Assembly (NCBI RefSeq): GCF_001194135.2 | Contig: NC_068981.1 | Coordinates: 91,702,801-91,749,879, forward strand | Reading direction: 5' to 3' | From: Octopus bimaculoides | Taxonomy: Eukaryota | Length of the DNA stretch: 47,079 nucleotides | Shown: in pieces, positions 26,439 to 38,620 of the stretch | How positions within the stretch are numbered: the first letter of the stretch is position 1 | How the letters are laid out: the number at the start of each line of letters is the position of its first letter | The notes under the pieces: model-generated | What the model was told of the DNA's origin: nothing | Seen by the model: only the letters and a program-made list of their open reading frames with translations | Database searches by the model: none | Program-made: the position numbers and the translations under genes

Positions 26439-26787
26439 CAGTAGAAATGCACGAAAATTTATGGTGCTTCGGATACACCCGTTTATTCATACGAACGTAA
26501 CTGAGATGAAATATGCCATAAATATCAGTGACAATCAAAATATACACCGCCGGAAGTTGTTGACTAACAACAGCAGTAATTTTACTCAGCTGAATGCGCG
26601 TCATTGATTGGTTGAAATTACCGAAATACAACTTTAACACGAAATTACTTCGTAAATAGAAACTTTTTTCAACAACCCTAAGAGTAAACTATGTTCTATA
26701 TGATACATTCTATCAGTATCTGAAGTTTCAAAGTGCTTAGTTAAAGAAAATGAATTAATCGAGCTGTCCATGTAAAGGAAAAGATTC
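25834..26787. mobile_element. Foldback/Mutator-like non-autonomous DNA element (954 bp, ~290 bp TIRs, 8-bp TSD)
   Basis: Arms 25834-26122 and 26490-26787 are reverse complements. Exact TSD ATTGTTTC at 25826-25833 and 26788-26795. The spacer holds TTAGGG-like repeats and poly-A. Confidence 0.9.
26136..26262 (+). repeat. Interstitial telomere-like TTAGGG/TTAGG array
   Basis: Six exact TTAGGG (26151, 26157, 26171, 26197, 26203, 26217) among variants. Confidence 0.9.
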
Positions 26788-27244
26788 ATTGTTTCATATT
26801 TTACATTGAAATGTATTATATATTTGTGGTGGAACTCTTTACTCATAGTGGTCCTCTGTAACCACGAGGAGTAAACACTGTTAGATACCTAATATTCAAT
26901 CAATCATATGCAACAGACTCATCTTCCTCATCTAGTAATTAACAATATGTCTTCATTGATTAGTCATTGATCATTACAATCATATCAAACTTTTCAGCGT
27001 ACATTCTGTTCTTTGTGAAATTATTTTTTTCGTGTTTTTATTTTTCTGTTATTAATAATCAGCCTGAGATGAGTGTATGAGATTGGCTGAGTAATTCACC
27101 ATGAATTAAGAAATGTGGTGCATTCAGAAATCAATCAATAAATAAGTAAATAAAGAGTCATTGGTAGCGATACCATTCCAGAGGAGTGATATTTTGGAGA
27201 ATGCGACATTGAAGTCTTTTTAATATATGTGTAGTTAAAAAATG

Positions 27245-27630
27245 TGGAGGCGCAATGACCCAGTGGTTAGGGCAGCGGACACGTGGTCATAGGATCGCGG
27301 TTTCGATTCCCAGACCGGGCGTTGTGAGTGTTTATTGAGCGAAAACACCTAAAGCTCCACGAGGCTCCGGCAGAAGATGGTGGCGAAACCTGCTGTACTC
27401 TTTCACCACAACTTTCTCTCACTCTTACTTCCTGTTTCTTTTGTGCCTGTAATTCAAAGGGTCAGCCTTGTCACACTCTGTCACGCTGAATATCCCCGAG
27501 AACTACGCTTAGGGTACACGTGTCTGTGGAGTGCTCAGCCACTTGCACGTTAATTTCACGAGCAGGCTGTTCCGTTGATCGGATCAACTGGAACCCTCGA
27601 CGTCGTAAGTGACGGAGTGCCAACAACAAC
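27245..27630 (+). mobile_element. Full-length tRNA-derived SINE, family C (~385 bp)
   Basis: A box region GCGCAATGACCCAGTGG, B box GGTTTCGATTCCC, 3' hairpin GTTGATCGGATCAAC, (CAA)n tail. Possible degenerate TSD GTAGTTAAA / GCAGTTAAA. Confidence 0.92.
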
Positions 27631-28174
27631 AAAAGCAGTTAAACATACATAGATGACCAACTGAAAAATACTACGCGAAGGTAGGACGAAACCAGCTAGC
27701 TCCGAGAAGCAGAGGTCAGTGCGGTGGCCATTAATAAATGCGGAGTGGGAAGACAGCATATATGTGGGCGGATACGTGAAGTATTTTGACAAGTGAATTA
27801 ATGCTAAATTCTACAGGTATATTTTGAATGCTTTCTGCGATGCGGTATATCTAGCAGCAGAAGTAGCATTTCAGAGAATTAAGCTGTATCCTAATGTGGG
27901 TCCTTATCTATATGAAAAGTATATTAGTAGAATGATTAAGTATTTTGTAGCCCTGAGATATTAGGTTAGTCTTAGTCATGGTGTTATTGCTATGACGAGA
28001 TTTGCTAATATTTAGCTCCAACTTTACTCTTATGTTAACGCGAGAAACTTCTTCCTTTAATATCATTTCTATGCATTCTCATATAACAGTGATTAAACAG
28101 TCTCTTCTCTGAAAACTTGCTATAAAATCTTTTATCTCATCCTCCTTGTTTAGGTGTTTCCTGCAAACACTTAC

Positions 28175-28219
28175 TTGCAAATGTTCAATCTGAATATGAA
28201 GAACATCGATTTTACGACC
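28175..28219 (-). CDS. Candidate 45-nt internal exon (phase 0-0), GRKIDVLHIQIEHLQ
   Basis: Acceptor ttcctatcttggcctttatag and perfect donor CAA|GTAAGT; length divisible by 3; open frame. Protein not recognised. Confidence 0.6.
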
Positions 28220-28772
28220 CTATAAAGGCCAAGATAGGAATAATCAATTAACTATATCTTGCAGAGGTGTGAATTACCATAATATGCCAAATATGTGAAA
28301 CAATTAGATTATTTCAAGCAAGCATTTGGAAGCTTCTGTAATTATATGTATGAAAGCAATCTTCACTAAACGAAAGAAATCACAAATAGAATGTGCTCAC
28401 ATTTCAGAATTCAATAATTCCAGCAAAGCAGAAATATTTCAAAAGATACATAAAGAAGCTTAAATAAGTTGTTGTTCTGTGAAATTTAAAGAATAAATAG
28501 GAAGGATTGAAATAGTGGAATAATATTTTATAGATTAAAATCATTTTAAAGATCCAAATAATTAGCATAAGAAGAGGGCGTTGCAGCTTATGATAGATAA
28601 ATATTTCTTGAAATTTATATAATAATGTTCTTACTCGTTCATCCGTTATACTTTAGTTAGTTAGAAAGGTGGAAGTGGAGGTAGAGTAAGTGAAAAGTGG
28701 AGTAAGAGTGAGAACGAGGGAGAGGTTTGAAGAAAGAAGAGAGAAAGAAGTAGAGTAAGGTAGGTAATTAAC

Positions 28773-29000
28773 ATTAATACACTTAGGCCAAATGATCAAG
28801 TGGTCAGCTGAAAGTAAAGGCGATGAACGAGAGCATAAGAGGGGGAGAGAAGTGCTATCGGCGTGCGTTGGGGTGAGGAAGGATGGCTTATTACGTGGTT
28901 AGAAGGTTAATAAAATGTTAACTGAAGGGAAATGCGAATAGAGACAGTTTGACACGGGATGTAGTTATATTGAGAGTGAGAGAGAGAGAGAGGGGGAGAG
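28773..29000 (+). repeat. Second copy of the purine-rich modular repeat
   Basis: ATTAATACACTTAGGCCAAAT...GAGAGAAGTGCTATCGGCGTGCG...TTATTACG...GATGTAGTT...(AG)n parallels 2201-2560. Confidence 0.6.
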
Positions 29001-29647
29001 AGATAAGAGGGAGTGAAGCATATAACGGTGGTGGTGTGTTGATATTGAAAACTATATTTTTATTGAATTAATTTTCTTTATAGTGACCATTGAATATGCA
29101 GAAGTGCAATTATCTGTCGTATGCTCGCTTATAAAGAAGTATTTGTTTATAAGGGTTAATTTAGCCTAAACTCTATATTCACAAGAGACATGGTTGCAAG
29201 CTACTCGAGAAAAGAGGCACAGATATAGGACATGGATCAGAGAGGAACAATAAGAAGATATAATAAAAAGAGAAAAAAGAAAACACTGACATGGACTCGA
29301 GGAAATTGAATGTAGGCGAAAGCCAAGAACATTTACAGAAAGCTAAACTATGAATGTTATAAAAAAGTAAATCATCCTTTAACATGTAGTCTCGGTAAGC
29401 ACAGGTAATAAATTCATAACGTGGACACTCAGAAAGCAAGCTGAAGACCCTGTAAATCAGACTGTTTCCAAGCCAAGACAACGGATACTGCCGTATACCG
29501 CATTGTAAAATACCACTGATTAATTAAACAAAGAGTATTCTATTGCATATAAATTGGTCGTAGTGTGAGCAGTGGTAGAAATAGCAGTTTTAGTAATTAT
29601 AGTAAAAATAGGAATATCAGTAGGGATCACTGTAGGAGAAGTATTTG

Positions 29648-29668
29648 TAGCAGCAGCAGCAACAGCAC

Positions 29669-29727
<59 letters not shown>
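29648..29727. repeat. (AGC)n(AGT)n microsatellite
   Basis: Seen directly. Confidence 0.95.
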
Positions 29728-32700
29728 TAAATGCCGGTATTCACAATAATCTCTCATTTCTTATAGTAAATTGGAATATGGAGGTAAACACAAATGTTAT
29801 CGATAGATGAATAAATATTTGTATAAAGCTCAAAGAAAACTGTTTAAAAGATATCCTGAATAATATAGTTCTGAAACGAATATAGGCTAGACTCAATTCC
29901 TCTTATCTACTTTTTCTTATTAATTACATTTTTAAGGCAACAAATTAAAGAAATTTCTGTGCATCATCATTTAGTTAGCGAATATATTCGTGAATTATAC
30001 TTATCCGTTTTCTGATACCGTTCATATTTTTTCGTTTTTCGATTACAATCCTTTTATTTCAAAGTAGCTCGAAGGTTAAAAAAGTTCTAACTATTATTTC
30101 AGTATTATTGATTATTTTATTGTGACATTCTTATTAGCAGTTCTCCGAATAGGACCTCTGACTTTTAGTTCATCCTGTCATTAAAATACTCTATCAAAGA
30201 TTAAATTACTTTATTGATTGGAATGTTTGATTATTTTACTTGAGTTTTCAATTTTATTTTTGTTGTTCTGTCATGAGTCAAATGAATATCGGCTTAATTG
30301 ATAATTTCATTAAGCATAGCATCTAATTTTCCCTCTTCTGGTTTTGCAGGTATATTTGCAGTTGAAAAATTCCTCTGCTTCATTTTTTAAATTGTTCATC
30401 GATTAATTTGGTTCTGTCAATAAGTTTGTATTTTGTTCATCCAAACTTTGTATTTGCACTTAATTTTAATCCGTATTCCACTAACGTGGGTATCAGAAAT
30501 TTTTCCATATGATATTATTTTACATCAAACTTGGAATGCGCTAAAATGCAGCAATTGTAGTCGTTGTATTCTTGTAACATCCATATTGTCGCTATTATAT
30601 GAGGATAATCATTAGGTTTCTTAAATATCATTGATATGACAGGAATATCATTAGAAATCAAATAAACTTGATGTTGTTGGCGTTAGCATGAATAAATTAA
30701 GAAGAGAAATATGAACAACTAAGATTGTATGTTTTGTGTAGATGAAGAACTATAATTGTAAGCTAAACATCCGATAGAAAATTCAACATTAATACACTGC
30801 AATTATGCCTTTATACAACATGATGCAAGACAGATATAACAGGATAAGTATGGAACAATTTCATATTCAATGTCAAACAAACATTTATAATGACACAAAC
30901 GGTGTAAGTTAGTAAATGTCATTAACAACTTTGAAGTAACGTTTTTAATATTAACACATCTGTATATATAAATCTAGTGTGTAAATATATAGTGTCACAC
31001 ATAAAAGTATATTTCGAATTCTAAAGACTTCATGTTAATAAGATCGTACAGTATTATTTGAGAAATAAAAATATTTTATGTTAACACAATATCTAATATG
31101 TGTTTTATTTAGAGAAAGATCAAAATTGTATAGCTGGCAAATCATATAAATGAAAACATGTTCATACAATATCAACTTTGTATAATAAGATCAAAATTAG
31201 ATTAGACGATAAATAATTCTAAGAGGATTGAAATAGTGCTATTCGTGTTTACCAAAACCACACAAAAAAAAAGATGGAATTGAGAATTGTCTAATTTAAG
31301 AACTAAATATACACAATTTTCAAATTTGTCGGGAACGAAATTTTCTCCCTTTCGATGATATATGTCTCATCAAGAGCAAAAATTTTGTTTCGACACTGTG
31401 GCCTTTCTAAGTTTATTCACGATAACTGACAGCAAATGCTGAGGCGATATGAGAAAGAATAAAAGTACTAACACATCACGAAGAATATTATAATAATTAA
31501 TCACTGCTAGTAATCCATACATGCATCCGCAAAGCACGAAACCGGATTTGCAGACTAATGCGAGGCAGTTACATTAAATGTAGCGATACCAATATATTTT
31601 CTTATAAGGCAGAGCTAACTTTGTAATATTTAATTTTTACGTTAAAAGTTTCTCTTTATTTTCCTTTCCCTGCAGCTAAACAACTAACACATTAGAATGA
31701 AAAAGAAGAAAAAAACGCAGGAAATATGTCTTTTAAACTATGAACTAGCGTCTGTCTTCTATATTCCCTATTAATTTGTAACTTCGTTGGAGACGGGATT
31801 TGATATGATTAACTAGAATCTAGAGCTATACCGCGCTGATAATTTCCAAGAATTCTGAAATGGTACTATTTGATTAGAAAAGATTTTATTTTGTATAAAA
31901 GAAAAAAAAAAAAAAANNNNNNNNNNAAAAAAAAAAAAAAAAAAACTAAAAGATGTGCATGTTTAAAAATTCCAAATCATTTTTACACTTATTCTGCGAT
32001 TGCATTCTATATCAATTTTAATCGTTTCCAGTATTCTATAATAAACAAGTTCAATACAGTTATTTAAAATATATAAATGAGTGCACCTTTGAAATATGAT
32101 GGTCGAAATTATTAGGAAAACTTCTCTAACTACTTTTATTAGCTTGAATTGTATATAATTGTAGCCTAATACTGGTTTGATACTAAATCAAATAATGTTT
32201 ATCGAAGCAATGACAGTGACAAATCATGAGTCGTAAAACAACAGCTTGGTGTAAGATTATCTCATGCATAATATCAACTACTCGAAGCAAATATTCACAA
32301 TGCACGTAACGTCGATTGTGAGTCAGCGGAGACTGAACTTTTAAAATATATGTCAGTGTTTTTCGTTAGGTTATGTTTTATGCAATTATACAAATGAAAA
32401 CAACAGTGGAAATTAGCAGCTAATCGTATCAGAGTGATATTTCGTTACACATATATTAAATATATTAAATTACGAATTAAAAGCAGCTTTAGTAATGTAA
32501 ATATTATCAGTCACATATATGGAATGTATGTGTTTTGTCTTTACGCGACGTTTGCTGCGGGACAGCGTCTAAGGAAATCTCCCTTCAGGACGCTGAGTGT
32601 TAAAGAGCATCTGAATATCACACATCAGGTAAGACAACGTGCTTCGGAATCACCGAGAATGGTAATACTGATGTTGTTGCTTATCAATGACATACACTCG

Positions 32701-32874
32701 GAACATCAGGTCTGTGTTATATATGCAAACAGTGTGAAGACATTTTGCTGAATCGCTGTGGCATAGCAAATCAAATCGCCCCGTAGATAAACGAGAATGT
32801 TGGGTATCAATATTTCATTGTTTTTTCAGCGCATCGGCACCGTATAACAAAGTCACCTCGAAACAAACTCATAC

Positions 32875-32971
32875 CATTGCGTAAAATCTATATGCCGATG
32901 CACAACAGCGCAGAACAAGCAAAATTAGCATTTGAAACAAAAGTAGAGCAAATAACGTGTTACTTGTGTGG
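32875..32971 (-). CDS. Candidate 97-nt exon (phase 2-0) encoding a hydrophobic segment
   Basis: Donor ATG|GTATGA; weak acceptor ctaattcag. Open frame HTSNTLFALLLFQMLILLVLRCCASAYRFYAM. An in-frame ATG at 32931 gives an alternative first-exon reading. Confidence 0.4.
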
Positions 32972-33308
32972 CTGAATTAGTTTCAAGCTAACTCGGGTAT
33001 ACGACTCTGTTGAGCTTATTTTAGCAGTGAGATAACGACATACTGCATTCTCCTTTAACCACAAAATCTTTTAACATCTTAAAGGAAGTGTTCCCTGGAC
33101 TAACATATATATTTTGTATCTAAGTATGTGTCTTTTGTCTGTGTAAGTAGCAATATAGATGAAATAGCTTACTTTAGAATAATATAATTTGTTCCGGCAA
33201 TTATAATTAATGGAGGCATGTTACATAAAGGCACTTCTTAAATGTTGCAAGCTGCACTTCATGAAAGTATGTGTCTGTGTGCGTGCGTGCGGTGTGTGAG
33301 TTTGTATG

Positions 33309-33311
<3 letters not shown>

Positions 33312-33351
<40 letters not shown>

Positions 33352-33421
33352 NNNNNNNNNNNNNNNNNNNNNNNNNNNNNNNNNNNNNNNNNNNNNNNNN
33401 NNNNNNNNNNNNNNNNNNNNN

Positions 33422-33458
<37 letters not shown>
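33312..33458. repeat. (TA)n flanking gap
   Basis: Seen directly. Confidence 0.95.
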
Positions 33459-33461
<3 letters not shown>

Positions 33462-33673
33462 TATTTATATATTCTATATATATAAACAAATATGTGTTTG
33501 GTAGAGGTCTGGTTTTGCATATTTTCCATAAATTACTTTAAAATGATACAATTTTGTACGACAATTTCAATTCATGGAGAATTGCTACGTTGAGGAAATT
33601 ATTAAAATGGTGCAATATGAGCCTCATAGAAATATGAGTGGTACAAAAATCATGGAGAACGAATATATATGTA

Positions 33674-34939
33674 TCAGATCATCCTATAAATTCTATCTGA
33701 TTTTACCTTTTTTAAAATTGAATGAAATTTAATAGTATTTTAGAATGTCTAGTGGAATCAAAAATTAGTTTTATGCATTTGTGTACATTTAAACAAATTA
33801 AATATTATTTTACAGAATAATAGAATTAAAATTTCTTTGATTATATCCCTTACTAACGTGGCAGTATCCAAAGAGCATTTAAAGTACATCATGCTTTATG
33901 AGTACAAAAAAGGAAACTCTGCAGCCAAAACGACTCGAAACATACACTCAGTTTATGGGAAAGAATGCTTGAATGAAAGAACTTGCAAAAGATGGTTTGC
34001 AAAAGTCAGAAGTGGAGATTTCAGCCTTGAAGATGAAGATCGAACAGGACGTCCAGTTGAGTTTAATGAATAGCTCCTTGAGGAACCACTTGAAAAAAAA
34101 TTTGCATTATCAGCTGAAGAATTGGCAATAAAGCTTAGTACAAACCATACAACTGTTCATCGTCATCTTCGACAACTTGGAAAGGTTCCTAAACTTGGAA
34201 AATGGGTGTCCGAAAACAACCGCAAATCCCAAGTTGACATCTGCTCTTCTCGCGAACTCATTTCACCCTTTTTGGCAAGACTTGTGACTGGTGACGAAAA
34301 ATGGATCTTCTATCGAAATGTTAAACGTCGTAAATAGTGGCTTGGTAAAAGGGAAAAAGCTCAACTACAACCGAGAAGGGAAATTCATGGGGAAAAGGGT
34401 CTTCTCTCTATCTGGTGGGATTGCAAAGGAGTAATTCACTTTGAATTGTTACCACCTAATGCAACAATCAATGTTCAAGTCTACTGTCAGCAATTAGAGC
34501 ATTTGAACCAAGCTTTAAAGAAAAAAAGACTCGCTTTAGGGAATCGAAAAGGATGATGTTTCATCAGGACAATGCGCGACCTCACACTACAAAGATCACA
34601 TCACAGAAGATCGAAGAGCTTGGTTGGGAAAACAATCCTCATCCACCTTATTCTCCCGACCTTGCTCTTTCAGACTACCATTTGTGTCGTGGTTTACAGA
34701 ATCATTTGGGAGACATAACTTTCGCAAGTCAGGTGGAGGTCGCTACTGACATTTCAGAGTTCTTCGCTTTGAAACCAAAAGAGTTTTTAATTGATGGGAT
34801 TAAACAGCTTGTAAATAGATGGAAGGAAGTCATAGATAATCAAGGAAAGTGAATTGATGATTAAATTTCAATTAAATATCACATTTGATCACTTGTTTTC
34901 TTTATTCATAATTCGTATAGAACTTATGGGATAACCTGA
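33674..34939 (+). mobile_element. Full-length mariner (DD34D) transposon, inactivated (1266 bp)
   Basis: Imperfect ~27 bp TIRs (TCAGATCATCCTATAAATTCTAT vs TCAGGTTATCCCATAAGTTCTAT) and TA TSD at 33672-33673 and 34940-34941. Motifs VTGDEKW, HQDNARPH, YSPDLALSD with exactly 34 residues between D2 and D3. Confidence 0.97.
33856..34862 (+). pseudogene. Mariner transposase pseudogene
   Basis: Split into ORFs 33837-34073, 34122-34337 and 34553-34852 by stops and frameshifts; the WVPHEL motif has lost PHEL. Confidence 0.95.
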
Positions 34940-35277
34940 TATATAGCATGTAGAATAATTACTCAATTTTATAATTCTAAGGCACTTTCAAAAAATCATG
35001 ATTTATTTAAAAATTTATTATGGAATTATTAGAAGGAAATATTTTTTATATTTCTGTATGTATAGCTTCAATAAACTTAAATGAATTATTTTTCTAATGA
35101 AGTTCAGTTTCCAATGTCTGTTTTGATGTGTGAGATTTATATAATATTTATCTAACATTTACACATCTCTCCTGCTGTAAAAGCAGCTTACAAATGAATT
35201 TGGGGTTAAGCAATGTGATTCTAAATCGTTTCTACTCATTGAAATTCGAGGGCGTCGATTGAAGTTGAATGAAATAC

Positions 35278-35386
35278 CGGAAAATGAAGTTGTTTAGCGC
35301 TTTACATGTCCAAATAAATTTTATAAGTTTGTCCAAATCGTTTATGCTCGTTTCCAGACTTTTAGCGGGCCCTTGTTTCTTACGTC
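35278..35386 (-). CDS. Candidate 109-nt exon (phase 1-2), (G)RKKQGPAKSLETSINDLDKLIKFIWTCKALNNFIF(R)
   Basis: Acceptor tttcatgctactcag and donor CCG|GTATTT; open frame; phase-compatible with the 44581 and 32875 candidates. Confidence 0.35.
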
Positions 35387-35472
35387 CTGAGTAGCATGAA
35401 ATTTTTATTTCCAACCAAACATTATGATGAATGGACGTCAGAGAATTATACCCGGTGCATCATGTGTGCTAC

Positions 35473-35854
35473 GTTGTTGGCACTCCGTTGCTTACGAAGT
35501 TGAGGGTTCCCGTTGATCCGATCAACGGAACAGCCTGCTCGTGAAATTAACGTGCAAGTGGCTGAGCACTCCACAGACACGGGTACCCTTAACGTAGTTC
35601 TCGGGGACATTCAGCGTGACAGAGTGTGACAAGGCTGACCCTTTGAATTACAGGCACAACAGAAACAGGAAGTAAGAGTGAGATAAAATGTGCTGAAAGA
35701 GTACAGCTGGTTCGCCACCATCCCCTGCCGGAGCCTCGTGGGGCTTTAGGTGTTTTCGCTCAATAAACACTCACACCGCCCGGTCTAGGAATCGAAACCG
35801 TGATCCTATGACCGCGATTCCGCTGCCCTAACCACTGGGCCATTGCGCCTCCAC
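35473..35854 (-). mobile_element. Full-length tRNA-derived SINE, family C
   Basis: Reverse complement of 27245-27630 at roughly 90-95% identity by eye; near-TSD TGTGCTAC / TATGCTAC. Confidence 0.92.
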
Positions 35855-36764
35855 TATGCTACACATAAGAAGAAATATTGGAATTTTCAGTCAAATGATA
35901 CTACTCACAGGACATTACTGGCACATAGACAAAATAAAAACTCTAATGTTTGGTAGATATGCAGACATATCGTCTTGTTTTGTCAACGCCCGCTGGCAAA
36001 TTGACATATAGGAAGATATGGCAGTATCAGCAGCGTTCAAAAAGTTATTGCTAATTAGACAAGGCAAGGAAAAAATAAAAACTCTTTCCTATCTGGCCGA
36101 GCAAATACAATCACTTTACCTCAGAATACGAAAACAATTTAAATTATTCTTTATGGATGGAGTTGGACGATTTCGAATGATTTTCGATTTTACAGTTTGA
36201 AACAAGTAATTTTTTTCTTTGTTTGGTAAGTAATGTGTTTTAGAAAACAGATTTTCTACGATATTTTTTGATGCGTTCTCTTTCAAAATATAATTTTTGA
36301 ATGGACGTTAGTGGTGCATACACAAATTGAAATGACAACAATGGACTAATTAATGGGACAGATGAACAACAGACATCTCTATCAGTCCTGTCAAAGCCAT
36401 GCTACTCTAGTAGCGTGAATGATAAGAATAATAATGCTGCTCTAGTAGCGTAAACGCATATATTTTGAATAAGCGACCAAATTTATTTATCTACATGACA
36501 CAAGGGAAAGGCGTATCCTTGAACTTGATCTGCGATCTACTAGAAATAACTACCAAATATCGTCAAACCACAATCATCGATCCGTTTGTCGGAGTCAGGC
36601 TGGAAATTAAATAAAAACAACAAGCCTAAACACAAACAAATAAACCCAAAACATTAATACTAGTGGATTTTTCTTACGAAATGGAATGAAATTGTCAACA
36701 TTAAATAGTGCCCAACATTTGCAATTATTTGTGAGACATATCAATTTCAGAATTTACAGACAGC

Positions 36765-37042
36765 TATATATATATATATATATATATATNNNNNNNNNNN
36801 NNNNNNNNNNNNNNNNNNNNNNNNNNNNNNNNNNNNNNNNNNNNNNNNNNNNNNNNNNNNNNNNNNNNNNNNNNNNNNNNNNNNNNNNNNNNNNNNNNNN
36901 NNNNNNNNNNNNNNNNNNNNNNNNNNNNNNNNNNNNNNNNNNNNNNNNNNNNNNNNNNNNNNNNNNNNNNNNNNNNNNNNNNNNNNNNNNNNNNNNNNNN
37001 NNNNNNNNNNNNNNNNNNNNNNNNNNNNNNNNNNNNNNNNNN

Positions 37043-37086
<44 letters not shown>

Positions 37087-37200
37087 TATATATACATATA
37101 TACATATACATATATACATATATATGCGCGTGTGTATATACATGTGTGAGTGAGCGAGTGTGCATGTGTCAGTATATACGTATTTATATGTGTATGTAAC
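36765..37200. repeat. (TA)n, gap 36790-37042, TA/TG array
   Basis: Seen directly. Confidence 0.95.
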
Positions 37201-37343
37201 TGCACATAGTAGACATCTGTTCTTAAACTAAATATAAGCACTGATCATTCCTTTAAGAATTTTCATGTTTTATTGTTTTTAATTTAACGGAACCAATTGT
37301 TTAGGGAGTTGTACTCGCACTACAAAAGTGTTTTTTTGCTTAC

Positions 37344-37374
37344 CTTCGAGATCAAGAAAGGAACTAAAGTCATT
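37344..37374 (-). CDS. Candidate short exon NDFSSFLDLE(G)
   Basis: Strong donor AAG|GTAAGC and acceptor gttgtttatttttccaag (phase 0-1). A weaker upstream acceptor would give a longer phase 1-1 version. Confidence 0.35.
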
Positions 37375-38620
37375 CTTGGAAAAATAAACAACTAGTGGAT
37401 GTTTCGTTGCCAACTTTTGTCCAGCTTAAACCTGAACATCTTAGTCTCTCATGAAAGCACACAAAATCTGCGGTGTAAGCTGAAATTTGCAATTCTGTCG
37501 TTAAAAGTGTGGCTACCTCTTGCATTGAAATGCATTCAGTATCTGTATAATTTCCATGTATTTGAACATAACAAATGTGAGTCAATGATGAATAATGAAT
37601 ACGGTTGAATCCCTTGATAAAATTTGCAATTTCGTCATATTACATCGTACCGCGTTTTTAATTAGTTCAACGTAAAGAAAGTTTGCTACAAGGGCAGGGA
37701 AGATATGACAGAGCATCCTTGCTTATTGTATATTACTCAATTCTGACAGTCATAATATAATAACAGTATATCATTCAAACACAGGGCAATCATTCACTTT
37801 CTTTTGGAAGGGGGACGCTGCTCGATACCATGAAATACAGTACTTGGTTGAAAGTATATTTTAACGAATTAAATATGGTGGGCGTTCATGATTTAATTTA
37901 AGGACGTAAAAGAGCCGTGCCTATGTACAGCTAAGTATGTTATCTAACAATTTAAAGTTTCTGCCATTCAGTAGGAAGTTGATAATCGACGAGAGAAGTA
38001 CGCAATGAACGTGAAGACACTGGAAAACACAGATAAACAAGGACAACGTATCATTTGCTGAAACTGTCCTTCGCTTGAACGTACAGCAACATTTATATAG
38101 AACACGATAACCAAAATATAGCATAGTGTATATAATGAAGTACGTTCAAATTGTTGCAAAATATATTCACACGGCATCTATTCCGTGACGGGTCGACATT
38201 TGTGCTCCATATGCAAGAGAGATTTAAACCTGATTTAATCATATGGGGTATTTCATTACCTTCCAAAATTTAAAGTGCTCGTAATTCTTAATTGGCAATT
38301 TATGTCTTTCGCTCCCTCCCGCATTACTTCTTACTCAGTGGGGTATATAGTACGTGGAGTGGTGCAATTGTACCTCTGTTGCCATAGGAGGCAGCCGTTG
38401 CTTTGTTTTCCACCGGTGGTGAATCGCAGTGAACGGTAATATCTATATAATAAGCTCACATGATATCACCCTTTTCCTTTCTATTTCAATTCAAGGAAAT
38501 ATATTGTGGCTATTTTTAATGAATACAACTTTCCTCTGTTATTATACTGGCGTTTCATCTTCAACTTATAACATGTTTATGTAACAAATTTATTATAAGT
38601 TTTATTTCAATGATTAATTA

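Noticed and set aside
28175-28219. METTL24/FkbM-like assignment from KIDVL
   Set aside because: The match is five residues only; the DxE motif is not conserved and neighbouring candidate exons do not fit the domain order.
29179-29481. 100-aa minus-strand ORF as an exon
   Set aside because: An acceptor is possible but there is no convincing donor or recognisable motif, and the 3' part is low complexity.
37954-38020. Strong minus-strand acceptor at about 38020
   Set aside because: All three frames reach a stop without a good donor. It could only be a terminal exon, which is unsupported.
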